Source of the DNA: an uncultured Gammaproteobacteria bacterium
GTDB lineage: Bacteria; Patescibacteriota; Patescibacteriia; 2-12-FULL-60-25
NCBI GenBank assembly: GCA_964360885.1
Contig: CAYHYU010000002.1
Location: 1 to 27,524 of the forward strand
Direction: 5' to 3'
DNA length: 27,524 bases
The translations under genes and the position numbers were made by a program. How positions within the stretch are numbered: the first letter of the stretch is position 1; every line of letters begins with the position of its first letter. The notes under the pieces are model-generated. The model had not been told where the DNA came from, did not search any database, and saw only the letters and a program-made list of their open reading frames with translations. Shown here piece after piece: positions 7,870 to 16,499 of the stretch.

Positions 7870-9396
7870 CTACTTCGATGGCCGAAATTCGCGCAAGATT
7901 GAAAAAGCGGTATGCGATGGACCTTGTCCGACCAGCTTTCCAACGATGAACAATAGCACGTAATACAAAACTCCGAGTCCGACGAGGATGCCGACGTTCT
8001 GCCCATGGTTCCTCTGTCCGGCGAAGACGGCGCGCAGTGCCAGGTCGACAAAAATAACGCCCGTGCAGGAAACCGTCGCGCTCACGAACGCCGGCACAAA
8101 CAGGTTCCGGTGCATTCGCATGACGCGTTTCGCACGCAGAAGGACGTAGCTGGACAACATGATCCACGTCGCAACCACGGCCCACGCGAGCCCGTTCATG
8201 CCGCCGAACCGGTATCCGGCATACATGAACGGCAACGTGACGATCACGCGAATGATATTCGTCTTAAAATTGATGTCCGGCCGGCCGAGCGCCGCAAGAA
8301 TGGGGGCAACGATTCCGGCGAACGCGAGGAGCAAGTTTCCGAACGCAAAAATTTTCAACGGTTCGACGATCGGCATCCATTTCGGTCCAAGAAACAACGC
8401 GACGATCGCTCCCCCTTCGACAAGAAGAAGGAGCGTGAACGGCAAACTGCTCAAGATGAGCACGTCCATGCTTTTCACGAAACCTTCTTGGACCTTATTC
8501 AGACGGTCCTGAACTTTCGCGAACGCCGCGAATCCAATCTTGCTGATCATGGAGGCGACGGTGTTCGTGGCGGTTGACGCGAGATCTTTCGCTTTGGCGT
8601 AGATGCCGAGCTGGCTCGCCGCCATGAGGCGCCCGACGAAAATCTTGTCGATTTGAGCGATGATCACGTCAAGCACTTCCTGGCCGTAAATCCATTTCGT
8701 GAACCCAAGGAGCTCCACGAGGGTACGGAACTGAAACGAGAACGATGGCCGTACGGGATAGATGGCGTAACTCACGAACACGCCCACGACATTCTGCGCG
8801 ACCGCGCCGATCAAAAGCGCCCAAGCGGACCGACTGACGAAAAACGCGTATCCGACCGTGACGACGGAGGCGGTCGCTTGAATCACGATGTCCCGGTAAA
8901 AAATCTTGCGATATTCGAGTTCTTTATAGAGATAAATCGTGCGAATGTTGGAACACGCCGGAAGGATGAGGAGCAGACCGCTTGTTTTGATGAGCAACAC
9001 GAGAGAAGGATCCGTCACGTGAAAAAACGCGGCGAGCGGTGACCCGAACGCATAGACGAGCAGCGCGAGCGCGCTTGAACGCAGGAGATCGAACGTGAAC
9101 AGCGGGCTTAAAAATTTCTCGATTGAACCTTGACGCTGCATGAGTGCATCGCCGAACGAAATGGTCGTGAGCTGGTTCAGGGGAATCACAACCGCCATCA
9201 CGATCGTTATGATGCCGTAATCGTTCGGCGCGAGGAGACGGGCCAATATAAAAAACGTGACAAGGTTCAGGGTCTTCTGGCCGATGACGCTCGCCATGTA
9301 CCACGATCCGCTTTTGATTGACTTGCGATAGATTCCGCCGGGCGCAAACTCCGGAGACGCATGTGACGGCGCGTCGTTCGTGGACGTATCGATCAT
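7870..9396 (-). CDS. wzx: Polysaccharide flippase (Wzx/WzxC-like, PST family)
   Basis: ILARLLAPNDYGI, FGDALMQ, GFTKWIYGQEVLDVIIAQIDKIFVGRLM...LGIYAKA, and about 12 or more hydrophobic segments. Confidence 0.9.
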   Translation of the reverse strand: MIDTSTNDAPSHASPEFAPGGIYRKSIKSGSWYMASVIGQKTLNLVTFFILARLLAPNDYGIITIVMAVVIPLNQLTTISFGDALMQRQGSIEKFLSPLFTFDLLRSSALALLVYAFGSPLAAFFHVTDPSLVLLIKTSGLLLILPACSNIRTIYLYKELEYRKIFYRDIVIQATASVVTVGYAFFVSRSAWALLIGAVAQNVVGVFVSYAIYPVRPSFSFQFRTLVELLGFTKWIYGQEVLDVIIAQIDKIFVGRLMAASQLGIYAKAKDLASTATNTVASMISKIGFAAFAKVQDRLNKVQEGFVKSMDVLILSSLPFTLLLLVEGGAIVALFLGPKWMPIVEPLKIFAFGNLLLAFAGIVAPILAALGRPDINFKTNIIRVIVTLPFMYAGYRFGGMNGLAWAVVATWIMLSSYVLLRAKRVMRMHRNLFVPAFVSATVSCTGVIFVDLALRAVFAGQRNHGQNVGILVGLGVLYYVLLFIVGKLVGQGPSHTAFSILREFRPSK

Positions 9397-9402
9397 GAAC
9401 GA

Positions 9403-9432
9403 AAGATACGGTCAGGCGTGACGCATTGTCAA
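9403..9432 (-). promoter_or_regulatory. Putative sigma70 promoter for wzx: TTGACA-18-TATCTT, 6 nt before the ATG
   Basis: Minus strand reads TTGACA atgcgtcacgcctgaccg TATCTT tcgttc ATG. The -35 is a perfect consensus match. Confidence 0.65.
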
Positions 9433-9454
9433 ATACGCCAGATGCCGTTAGGAT
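9426..9454 (+). promoter_or_regulatory. Putative sigma70 promoter for the FkbM methyltransferase: TTGTCA-17-TAGGAT, 8 nt before the ATG
   Basis: Plus strand reads TTGTCA aatacgccagatgccgt TAGGAT aaccggat ATG. Its -35 overlaps the opposite-strand -35 of wzx. Confidence 0.6.
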
Positions 9455-9462
9455 AACCGGAT

Positions 9463-10314
9463 ATGGGACAAACCACCGTCGTGCTCCCTCGCGTAAAAAA
9501 AGTGTATCGTGCGCTCGTACGCAACCCCTCGGTGGATCGCGCGGTTCACGGCGCGTTGAACGTCCTTGTCGGGTCGCTCGCCCGCGCGCGGGGATTCGCT
9601 TTTCCGAAAAAATTCAACTGGGATTGGAAATGGGAAATGCTCATGGGGTTGTACGAAAAAGAGACGGTCGCCCTCTGTCGCCGCATGATCAAACCGGGCA
9701 TGCGCGTCTTGGACATCGGCGCACATGCAGGATACTTCACAATACTGTATTCGAAGCTCGTCGGACCGGACGGCTCGGTCCTGGCGTTTGAACCGGATCC
9801 GGAAAACTACGCGCTTCTGGAACGGAACACTCGACATCTCAAGAATGTCCGACTGTTTCCCGTGGCCGTTTCCAATCACGTCGGCATGGTGGATTTTTTT
9901 GAAACCGAAAACAACACCGGCTGCCACAGTCTCATCCCGGCGGGATTTCGCCCGAAAAAAATTTCGGTTTCCGCGACCACGCTCGATGCGCTGCTGGATG
10001 CCGGCGAATTGCCGAAAGTCGATTTCATCAAAATAGACATTGAAGGCGCGGAACCGATCGCGTTCCAAGGCATGCACCGCGTGATTGCCGCCAACCCACA
10101 CATCGCTCTCGTCGTCGAGTTCTGCCCGGACAACCTCCGCGATAGCCACACCGATCCAAGCGCATTCATCGAAACGCTGCGTGGCTTCGGTCTTCACGTG
10201 TATGCGATCAAAGACGAGGGGCTGAAAGAAATCATCCCGGAACACAGCCGAAACGGACAGTTCTTCTTAAAGAATCATTGCGTGAACCTTTTTCTGTCGC
10301 GCGAACCGGCCTAA
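9463..10314 (+). CDS. FkbM-family methyltransferase
   Basis: YEKET, PGMRVLDIGAHAGYFT, VLAFEPDPENY, TTLDALL, VDFIKIDIEGAEP. Confidence 0.93.
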   Translation: MGQTTVVLPRVKKVYRALVRNPSVDRAVHGALNVLVGSLARARGFAFPKKFNWDWKWEMLMGLYEKETVALCRRMIKPGMRVLDIGAHAGYFTILYSKLVGPDGSVLAFEPDPENYALLERNTRHLKNVRLFPVAVSNHVGMVDFFETENNTGCHSLIPAGFRPKKISVSATTLDALLDAGELPKVDFIKIDIEGAEPIAFQGMHRVIAANPHIALVVEFCPDNLRDSHTDPSAFIETLRGFGLHVYAIKDEGLKEIIPEHSRNGQFFLKNHCVNLFLSREPA

Positions 10315-10344
10315 AACCGATGGGAAATGCTGCGGCTCCGACGC

Positions 10345-10373
10345 TTGCCAAAACGTCGGTTTCGATATACATT
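10345..10373 (+). promoter_or_regulatory. Putative sigma70 promoter TTGCCA-17-TACATT upstream of the 10403 gene
   Basis: TTGCCA at 10345-50, 17-nt spacer, TACATT at 10368-73. The -35 lies inside a CCGACG/CGTCGG inverted repeat. Confidence 0.5.
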
Positions 10374-10402
10374 CGTCTTCACATCCGCCTATTTTAAGGT
10401 CT

Positions 10403-11899
10403 ATGAAAGGTTGTTTTGTCCTCCAGCGCCGTTTCGCCTACATCGGCCACTACCTCGCGCAACTGCTCAAGGAGCAATACGGCGTCGAGGAGTTTTGCGG
10501 CATCACCTACACGCGACCGAGCTACGAATTCCTCCTGAAGCAGCAGGATGTCCTGTATTCCACGCTGCTGCTCGATGAAGAGATCCACGCCCGATATAAA
10601 AATGAAACGCTGGATCCGGCATTCCTCGACCGGTTGGAAAAAGAGTACGGAATCCCCTATCTGTGGCCGTTCCTCGCCGTGGACCGCGTCGTGATGTCAA
10701 ACCAGCTCGTGCGCGAATATCCGCATGATCAGCCGCGCTATTCGCACGAAGACATGCTCCGGTTGATTCAAGTCTCCGCCAAAGCCGTGATCAATCTTCT
10801 CGATATGGAGAAACCTGATTTCTTATTCGTCGGACCCATCGGCAGCGTGTCGAACTATCTTCTGTATCGCATCGCCAAAAAACGCGGCATCCGATGTTTC
10901 TTGCTGCTCATGACGAGCACGCGTAACCGATATATTTTGAGCGAAGACTACGACACGTTCAGCTGGGTCAACGAACGGTTCCGCACGGAACGTGCCGCGC
11001 TCGCCTCTTCTCCCATGCGCCAAGCGGCGGCGGATTTTTTGAAGCAATTCAGAGAGAAACCGCTTCCGTATTTCGACAAATCCGCGCCGTCGCAGCAACC
11101 CGTTTCACGTCGGAAACAACTGAAATTTTTGAATCCGATCAATGCCGCAAAATCGCTCACAATTTTTTTTGGCAACTTCTACCGATTTTACACGAGCCCG
11201 GGTCATCAGGACTATTCCGCCATTCATCCCTGGAATTACGTGAAGGACCTCGCCAAACGCAAGATACGCAATCTCATCGGCTCGAACGATCTGTACGATC
11301 CGTTCACTCCCGATGAAGACTTCGTCTTTTTCCCGTTGCATTACGAACCGGAAATTTCCCTCCTGCTTCAAGCGCCGACGCACACGGACCAGGTCGCGTT
11401 GATCCGCCAGATCTCGCGCTCCCTTCCGGTGCGGTTCAAACTCTACGTGAAGGACCATCCGGAAATGGCGCAGTACCGGCCGCGCTCGTACTACAAGGAG
11501 CTCAAAAAAAATCCGAACGTGAAACTGATCGACCCCTGCATCAGCAGCTTCGCCATTACGCCCAAAGCGAAACTCGTCACGACCATCACGGGCACGACGG
11601 GGTGGGAAGCGATCATGTTGAAAAAACCGGTCGTGAGTTTCGGCCATCAATTCTACAACGAGCTGTCCATGGTAAAATATTGCGCCGAGATGGAATCGTT
11701 ACCGCGATTGATCAAAGAACAGCTCGAACGATTCAGCCACGACGAAAGCGAGCTTCTCGATTATCTCACGGCGCTCTTTGAAGATTCCGCGGAACTGAAT
11801 CTCCATCATCTGTGGATGGACGAGCCGGATTTCGCCAAGAAAAAAGACGGGATGAAGCCCGTCGCCGCACTGTTGGCAAAAAAACTTCATTTGACGTAG
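10403..11899 (+). CDS. Capsule_synth/KpsS-like (GT107-like) protein; candidate CMP-ulosonic acid transferase
   Basis: C-terminal motifs FVFFPLHYEPE, LYVKDHP, TITGTTGWEAIMLKKPVVSFG..FY are typical of the KpsS/Capsule_synth family. No TM segments. Confidence 0.7.
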   Translation: MKGCFVLQRRFAYIGHYLAQLLKEQYGVEEFCGITYTRPSYEFLLKQQDVLYSTLLLDEEIHARYKNETLDPAFLDRLEKEYGIPYLWPFLAVDRVVMSNQLVREYPHDQPRYSHEDMLRLIQVSAKAVINLLDMEKPDFLFVGPIGSVSNYLLYRIAKKRGIRCFLLLMTSTRNRYILSEDYDTFSWVNERFRTERAALASSPMRQAAADFLKQFREKPLPYFDKSAPSQQPVSRRKQLKFLNPINAAKSLTIFFGNFYRFYTSPGHQDYSAIHPWNYVKDLAKRKIRNLIGSNDLYDPFTPDEDFVFFPLHYEPEISLLLQAPTHTDQVALIRQISRSLPVRFKLYVKDHPEMAQYRPRSYYKELKKNPNVKLIDPCISSFAITPKAKLVTTITGTTGWEAIMLKKPVVSFGHQFYNELSMVKYCAEMESLPRLIKEQLERFSHDESELLDYLTALFEDSAELNLHHLWMDEPDFAKKKDGMKPVAALLAKKLHLT

Positions 11900-11912
11900 A
11901 ATATTTCTCCCT

Positions 11913-12707
11913 ATGAATATCGGGATTATTGGTCTTGGCGTTGTCGGTAACGCTGTCAAACATGGACTGGAAAAAATCGGACATACCGTGCTTGTATTTG
12001 ATATCAAGCATCCAGAGACAAAATTGGAACACGTGCTCGACACGGAACTCACGTTCGTGAGCGTCCCGACGCCGTGCACGGAAGACGGCGCCTGCGATAC
12101 GCGAATCGTCGAACAGATCGTGCATGAACTTCAGCGGGAGAACTATCGCGGACTCACGGTCATTAAATCCACCGTCACGCCTGGCACGACCGACCGTCTC
12201 ATCAAAGAAACGGGGCTTCGTGTAGCATTCTGCCCGGAATTTTTACGTGAACGCGCGGCCTACACGGATTTTGTGGAGAATCATGACGTGTGCGTCGTCG
12301 GGACGTACGATCAAAAAGCATTCGACCTCGTCCGTGCGGCACACGGTCCGCTGCCGAAGAAGATCATCCATCTCACGCCCATCGAAGCGGAGCTCTGCAA
12401 ATATTTTGCAAATATCTTTAATGCGCTTCGGATCACTTTTGCAAACGAGTTTTACGACGTCGCAATGACGCTCGGTGCGGATTACACACGCATCAAAAAC
12501 GCGATGGTGAATCGTGCCAACATCACGGACGTCTATCTCGACTGCAATGAGAACTTCCGCGGATTCGGGGGTGTGTGCTTGCCAAAAGATACGCAAGCAT
12601 TCGCCGTGTTCGTCAAAACAATGGGGTTGAACCTTACATTGTTCGAAACCCTCGTCGAAGAAAATAAAAAATTCAAACGCACCATCCACGAAGGTATGCG
12701 CGAATAA
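11913..12707 (+). CDS. UDP-glucose/GDP-mannose dehydrogenase family protein, short form lacking the C-terminal domain (264 aa)
   Basis: GIIGLGVVG, FVSVPTP, IKSTVTPGTT, FCPEFLRE, AELCKYFAN, and the catalytic-Cys motif GFGGVCLPKD. Confidence 0.9.
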   Translation: MNIGIIGLGVVGNAVKHGLEKIGHTVLVFDIKHPETKLEHVLDTELTFVSVPTPCTEDGACDTRIVEQIVHELQRENYRGLTVIKSTVTPGTTDRLIKETGLRVAFCPEFLRERAAYTDFVENHDVCVVGTYDQKAFDLVRAAHGPLPKKIIHLTPIEAELCKYFANIFNALRITFANEFYDVAMTLGADYTRIKNAMVNRANITDVYLDCNENFRGFGGVCLPKDTQAFAVFVKTMGLNLTLFETLVEENKKFKRTIHEGMRE

Positions 12708-12716
12708 CAACACACT

Positions 12717-13694
12717 ATGAACACCGTTCTCGTCACAGGAAGCGAAGGGAATATCGGCACGTATCTGGTGCAGGCCATTCAGCGTCTTCAACCGGACATG
12801 CGCATCATTCGTGTGAAGTTGCGTGAACAGGAAGATGCATCATTGAAGAACGGAAACGTGTACGTCGGAGATCTGCGCGATCCGGCATTCGTGTCGAATC
12901 TATTCACCGAAAATCAGATCGACTACGTCATACATGGAGCCGCGCGTCTCTATGGCGTTGCTGGATTCAACGAAGATGTCTATGGCATATTGAGCAACGA
13001 TGTGGAGTGCTTATTGAACGTCCTCGATCAGTGCAAAACAATCAAAAAATTCGTGTACATGTCCTCTTCCATGGTCTATGAGTCAAGCGAAAGAGTCCCA
13101 TTCACGGAAGAACTGGCTGATGAAATCATGCCGCCGAAATCTTCGTACGGTCTCACGAAATTCTTTGGCGAAAAGGCCGTGAAGTTTTTCTCGCAGCAAT
13201 ACGGGTTGAACTATACGATCTGGCGACCGTTCAACGTGGTCTCGCCGCTCGAACCGCATGACCGTAAAGGCGGACACGTCTTCATCGATTTCTATAAACG
13301 TCTTTTCGTCGACCGTGTCCCGAACATTGAAATCTATGGTAACGGACAACAGGTCCGATGCTTCACGTGGGTCGAAGACGTCGTCGAGGCCATTGCCGGA
13401 TCTCTGACGAATATCCTCACGGACAAACAGGTCTTTAATATCGGGAGCAGCGAACCAAAAACGATGATCGACCTCAAAAACGTACTGATTGAGATCGGGA
13501 AAGAACAAAACCTATTGCCACAGGACTACAATCCAGAAACGACAATCGGAAGCCAATCATTCATTGTCGACGTCCAACTGCGCATCCCAAGTACGGAGAA
13601 AATCACACGGATTCTCGGTTGGACCTGCGCAACGAACTTCAAATCCTGCTTCGAAAAATTCGTCGCCTACAAGAAGGAACATGCACACGCGTAA
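12717..13694 (+). CDS. NAD-dependent nucleotide-sugar epimerase/dehydratase (extended SDR)
   Basis: VTGSEGNIG, YMSSSMVY, YGLTK (YxxxK), RPFNVVSP, GNGQQVRCFTWVEDVVEA. Confidence 0.92.
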   Translation: MNTVLVTGSEGNIGTYLVQAIQRLQPDMRIIRVKLREQEDASLKNGNVYVGDLRDPAFVSNLFTENQIDYVIHGAARLYGVAGFNEDVYGILSNDVECLLNVLDQCKTIKKFVYMSSSMVYESSERVPFTEELADEIMPPKSSYGLTKFFGEKAVKFFSQQYGLNYTIWRPFNVVSPLEPHDRKGGHVFIDFYKRLFVDRVPNIEIYGNGQQVRCFTWVEDVVEAIAGSLTNILTDKQVFNIGSSEPKTMIDLKNVLIEIGKEQNLLPQDYNPETTIGSQSFIVDVQLRIPSTEKITRILGWTCATNFKSCFEKFVAYKKEHAHA

Positions 13695-14886
13695 CTGCCA
13701 GATGTGCGGAGCGGATGATCTTGCGCCGATCATTGATCTTGGACATCATCCGCTGGCGGATACGTTTTTGCCGTCGCACCATCTGAACCAATCCGAGACA
13801 CGATATCCATTACGCGTCCTCCTTTGCAAACAGTGCGGCTACGCGACGCTTAGCCACGTCGTTTCGCAGGAAGAACGCTACCAGGGAGTTGATTACAGTT
13901 ACACCGCGTCAAATTCGCCAGTGTCAATTTCGCACTTCACGGACATGGCAAAGGACATCGGTGGCGCTGTCGAAATCAACGCGGGAGATCTTGTGGTCGA
14001 TATCGGCTCAAGCGACGGCACGCTTTTACGCTCCTTTCGTGAACAGTCAGGATGTCGTATCCAAGGCGTTGAACCAGCCAAAAACATTGCGGAATCTGCC
14101 GAACGGAATGGCATCCCGACGATCAATGATTTTTTTACTTCTTCGACCGTGTCGCGCATCGTCTCGAATGGCAAGGCACAAGTGATCACCGCGACCAACG
14201 TGTATAACCATATCACGGACATGAACGCATTCATGGAAAATATTCTGGCCGCACTCACGAACGATGGGATGTTCATCTTCGAGACGCCATCGCTTCTGGA
14301 TCTCATCCGGCGTACGGCTTTCGACACTATTTATCTTGAACACGTGTCGTATTTCGGCGTGAAACCGCTCGCGCGTTTCTATAAAAAATTTGGCTTGTAC
14401 ATTCACAAAATCGAGCTGAACGACTACATGGGCGGATCCATGCGCGTGTACGTAAGTAAGATGCCAGCCGACTCCCATGTCGCCGATGCATTCATTCGCA
14501 TGGAAGAAACCGCCGGAAGTTACGATCCGGCGACCTACGCGTCGTTCATGAATCGGGTCCACGCCTTCAAGTTCGATCTCTGTCGCGAGCTGTATGCGAT
14601 CAAAGCACGTGGCGGCAAGATCATCGGCATTGGGGCAGCGACGAAAGGCAATACCCTTCTCAATTATTGTAAAATTGACGGCTCAATTCTCGAATTCATT
14701 ACGGACAATTCTCCGCTTAAGATCGGTAAGTACACGCCAGGTTCGCATATCCCCATCAAAAGCGACGCGGATATTCATTCCGGCGTGACACACGCGCTCA
14801 TCCTGCCATGGAACATCGGGGATTTTCTGAAAGAGAAACTGAAACATCTCAAGCTTGACTTCATCGTCCCATCCATGGGACGATAG
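13681..14886 (+). CDS. NDP-sugar C-methyltransferase (TylCIII/TcaB9/NovU-like) with N-terminal Zn site (401 aa)
   Basis: Start MHTRNCQMCG at 13681. CxxC..CxxC, DLGHHPLAD, VVDIGSSDGTLL, FDTIYLEHVSYF, GGSMRVY, and C-terminal IGIGAATKGNTLLNY. Confidence 0.92.
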   Translation: MHTRNCQMCGADDLAPIIDLGHHPLADTFLPSHHLNQSETRYPLRVLLCKQCGYATLSHVVSQEERYQGVDYSYTASNSPVSISHFTDMAKDIGGAVEINAGDLVVDIGSSDGTLLRSFREQSGCRIQGVEPAKNIAESAERNGIPTINDFFTSSTVSRIVSNGKAQVITATNVYNHITDMNAFMENILAALTNDGMFIFETPSLLDLIRRTAFDTIYLEHVSYFGVKPLARFYKKFGLYIHKIELNDYMGGSMRVYVSKMPADSHVADAFIRMEETAGSYDPATYASFMNRVHAFKFDLCRELYAIKARGGKIIGIGAATKGNTLLNYCKIDGSILEFITDNSPLKIGKYTPGSHIPIKSDADIHSGVTHALILPWNIGDFLKEKLKHLKLDFIVPSMGR

Positions 14887-14887
14887 G

Positions 14888-15301
14888 ATGTCTATGCGCG
14901 TCGAACACCTCCCTATCAATTTTGAAGATGCCCGCGGCACGATCCGGGATATTTTCGCTCACGAACCCAAAGACACCTGTACGATCATCACATCAAAAAA
15001 AGGCGCTGTGCGCGGAAACCATTATCACAAACTCTCGACTCAATATACCTACGTCGTGAGCGGTCAACTGACCATGCTGTCGAAAACTGTCGGAGAGGCC
15101 ACGATTGAAACGCACGTCCTCCGAGAAGGAGACCTGATGGTGCACACACCGAACGAGGCCCATACACTCATTGCGGACGAGGATACTGTATTCCTTGCGT
15201 TTGCCGACGGAGTACGAGGTGGAGAGGAGTACGAAAAAGACACATTTCGACTCGAAGTGCCGTTGCAGATTCAGTTGGAACGCGGCGACAAAATATCCTG
15301 A
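14888..15301 (+). CDS. Cupin-domain protein (sugar isomerase/epimerase-like; FdtA/WxcM/RmlC-like fold)
   Basis: Start MSMRVEH at 14888, 1 nt after the previous stop. FEDARGTI, KKGAVRGNHYHK, YVVSG, PNEAHTL. Confidence 0.8.
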   Translation: MSMRVEHLPINFEDARGTIRDIFAHEPKDTCTIITSKKGAVRGNHYHKLSTQYTYVVSGQLTMLSKTVGEATIETHVLREGDLMVHTPNEAHTLIADEDTVFLAFADGVRGGEEYEKDTFRLEVPLQIQLERGDKIS

Positions 15302-16491
15302 ATCAGGCGGTCGAAGCTGTCGACCATCCGTCCATCGGTAAATTTTTGAACGATCCGATAACCACCGTCGACCAACTTTTTTCGAAGCTCGGGATCCGCT
15401 AGACGCTTAATGTTCTCTGCGAGAGTAGATGGATCTCCTTTTTTTGACACCATGCCCGTTTCACCATCAAACAAAAAGTCGCTGTAGACGGGTATGTCTG
15501 TACCCAGAACAGGTGTCCCTGCCGCGAAGGATTCAAAAAGCGTCAAACCAAAGGCCTCATAGCGGCTCGGGGCAAGCGTTGCCTCTGCTCGTTTGTAGAA
15601 CCATGCTTTTTCTTCGTTCGAGATCCGAAATAAAACCCAGACCTGATCCGCGAGCCCCCGCTGCGTGACGAGATCCTCTGCTTCTTTAAACTCCTCGGGA
15701 CTGGAGCTCGTGACGAAGACGAGATTTTTCCGAATTCCTTCTTGCTTGAGGAGAGCCAGAGATTCGATGATCGTGTCCCACCCTTTTCGTTTTTTGACCT
15801 GACCGATATAGAAAAGAAACGATTCCGGCAGTGATGTGTTACGTTGCGGATCCGGCACTCGTTCTTCAACTTCTTTCCGCAGCGGAATGCCCCAAGGGAT
15901 CACGAGAGATTCTAGACCCGTGGCCTTCTTGAGCATGTCATGCTCGAAATTCATGATATTGACCCGCACGTCTGCTTGAGCCAATGGCGCATGATACGCA
16001 TAGTTCTCCCAGCAGGAACCGTGCTTCTTCGGATTGAAAAGGCATGAGAGGAACTGCGGAAATCGTGTGATGATCCTGTTCTCGGAATACATCGTCCCAA
16101 TGGGATTGTCTCGATCCGCCACGATATACGGATCGTGCAATACGCCGACAACCTGAAAAATAACCTTTGCGCCAACGAGACGCGCTGCGATAGATGCGAC
16201 GAAATTTAACAAGCTCCGAATGTGACAGAGGATGACGACGTTCGGGCGAAAACAAAGCAATTGCCAGACAAGACGCGGAGAGAAACCTTTGACTTGCGAG
16301 CAACGGTAGACGCGCACTCCCTTGTATGTTCCGTCCCGATATTCCGGATTAGATCGAATGCGATACGTGTAGAAACGGAGGTCATACCCTTTTCGAATAA
16401 GTCCCTGTGCAAGAAGGAAGTCAGCGAAGTGGTCTAACCGCTCTTCCGCGCCGAACGGGGTGACGATGGCTATTTTGAGCAGTGGTGACAT
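15271..16491 (-). CDS. GT4-family glycosyltransferase (406 aa)
   Basis: Likely start MSPLLKIAIVTPFG at 16491. YIGQVKKRKG, PSRYEAFGLTLFESFAAGTPVLGTDIP (EX7E motif). Confidence 0.92.
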   Translation of the reverse strand: MSPLLKIAIVTPFGAEERLDHFADFLLAQGLIRKGYDLRFYTYRIRSNPEYRDGTYKGVRVYRCSQVKGFSPRLVWQLLCFRPNVVILCHIRSLLNFVASIAARLVGAKVIFQVVGVLHDPYIVADRDNPIGTMYSENRIITRFPQFLSCLFNPKKHGSCWENYAYHAPLAQADVRVNIMNFEHDMLKKATGLESLVIPWGIPLRKEVEERVPDPQRNTSLPESFLFYIGQVKKRKGWDTIIESLALLKQEGIRKNLVFVTSSSPEEFKEAEDLVTQRGLADQVWVLFRISNEEKAWFYKRAEATLAPSRYEAFGLTLFESFAAGTPVLGTDIPVYSDFLFDGETGMVSKKGDPSTLAENIKRLADPELRKKLVDGGYRIVQKFTDGRMVDSFDRLIQDILSPRSN

Positions 16492-16499
16492 AACGGAAT

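Noticed and set aside
5382-9461. TAACCGGA occurs in two divergent intergenic gaps (5382-89 and 9454-61)
   Set aside because: It has a different orientation and position relative to the starts and only two copies; chance is likely.
1266-11511. A/T homopolymers: T9 at 1266-74 in neuB, T8 at 5578-85, T8 at 11163-70, A8 at 11504-11
   Set aside because: All are in frame and explained by Lys/Phe codon runs. There is no evidence of slippage, though the neuB A9 could be checked in reads.
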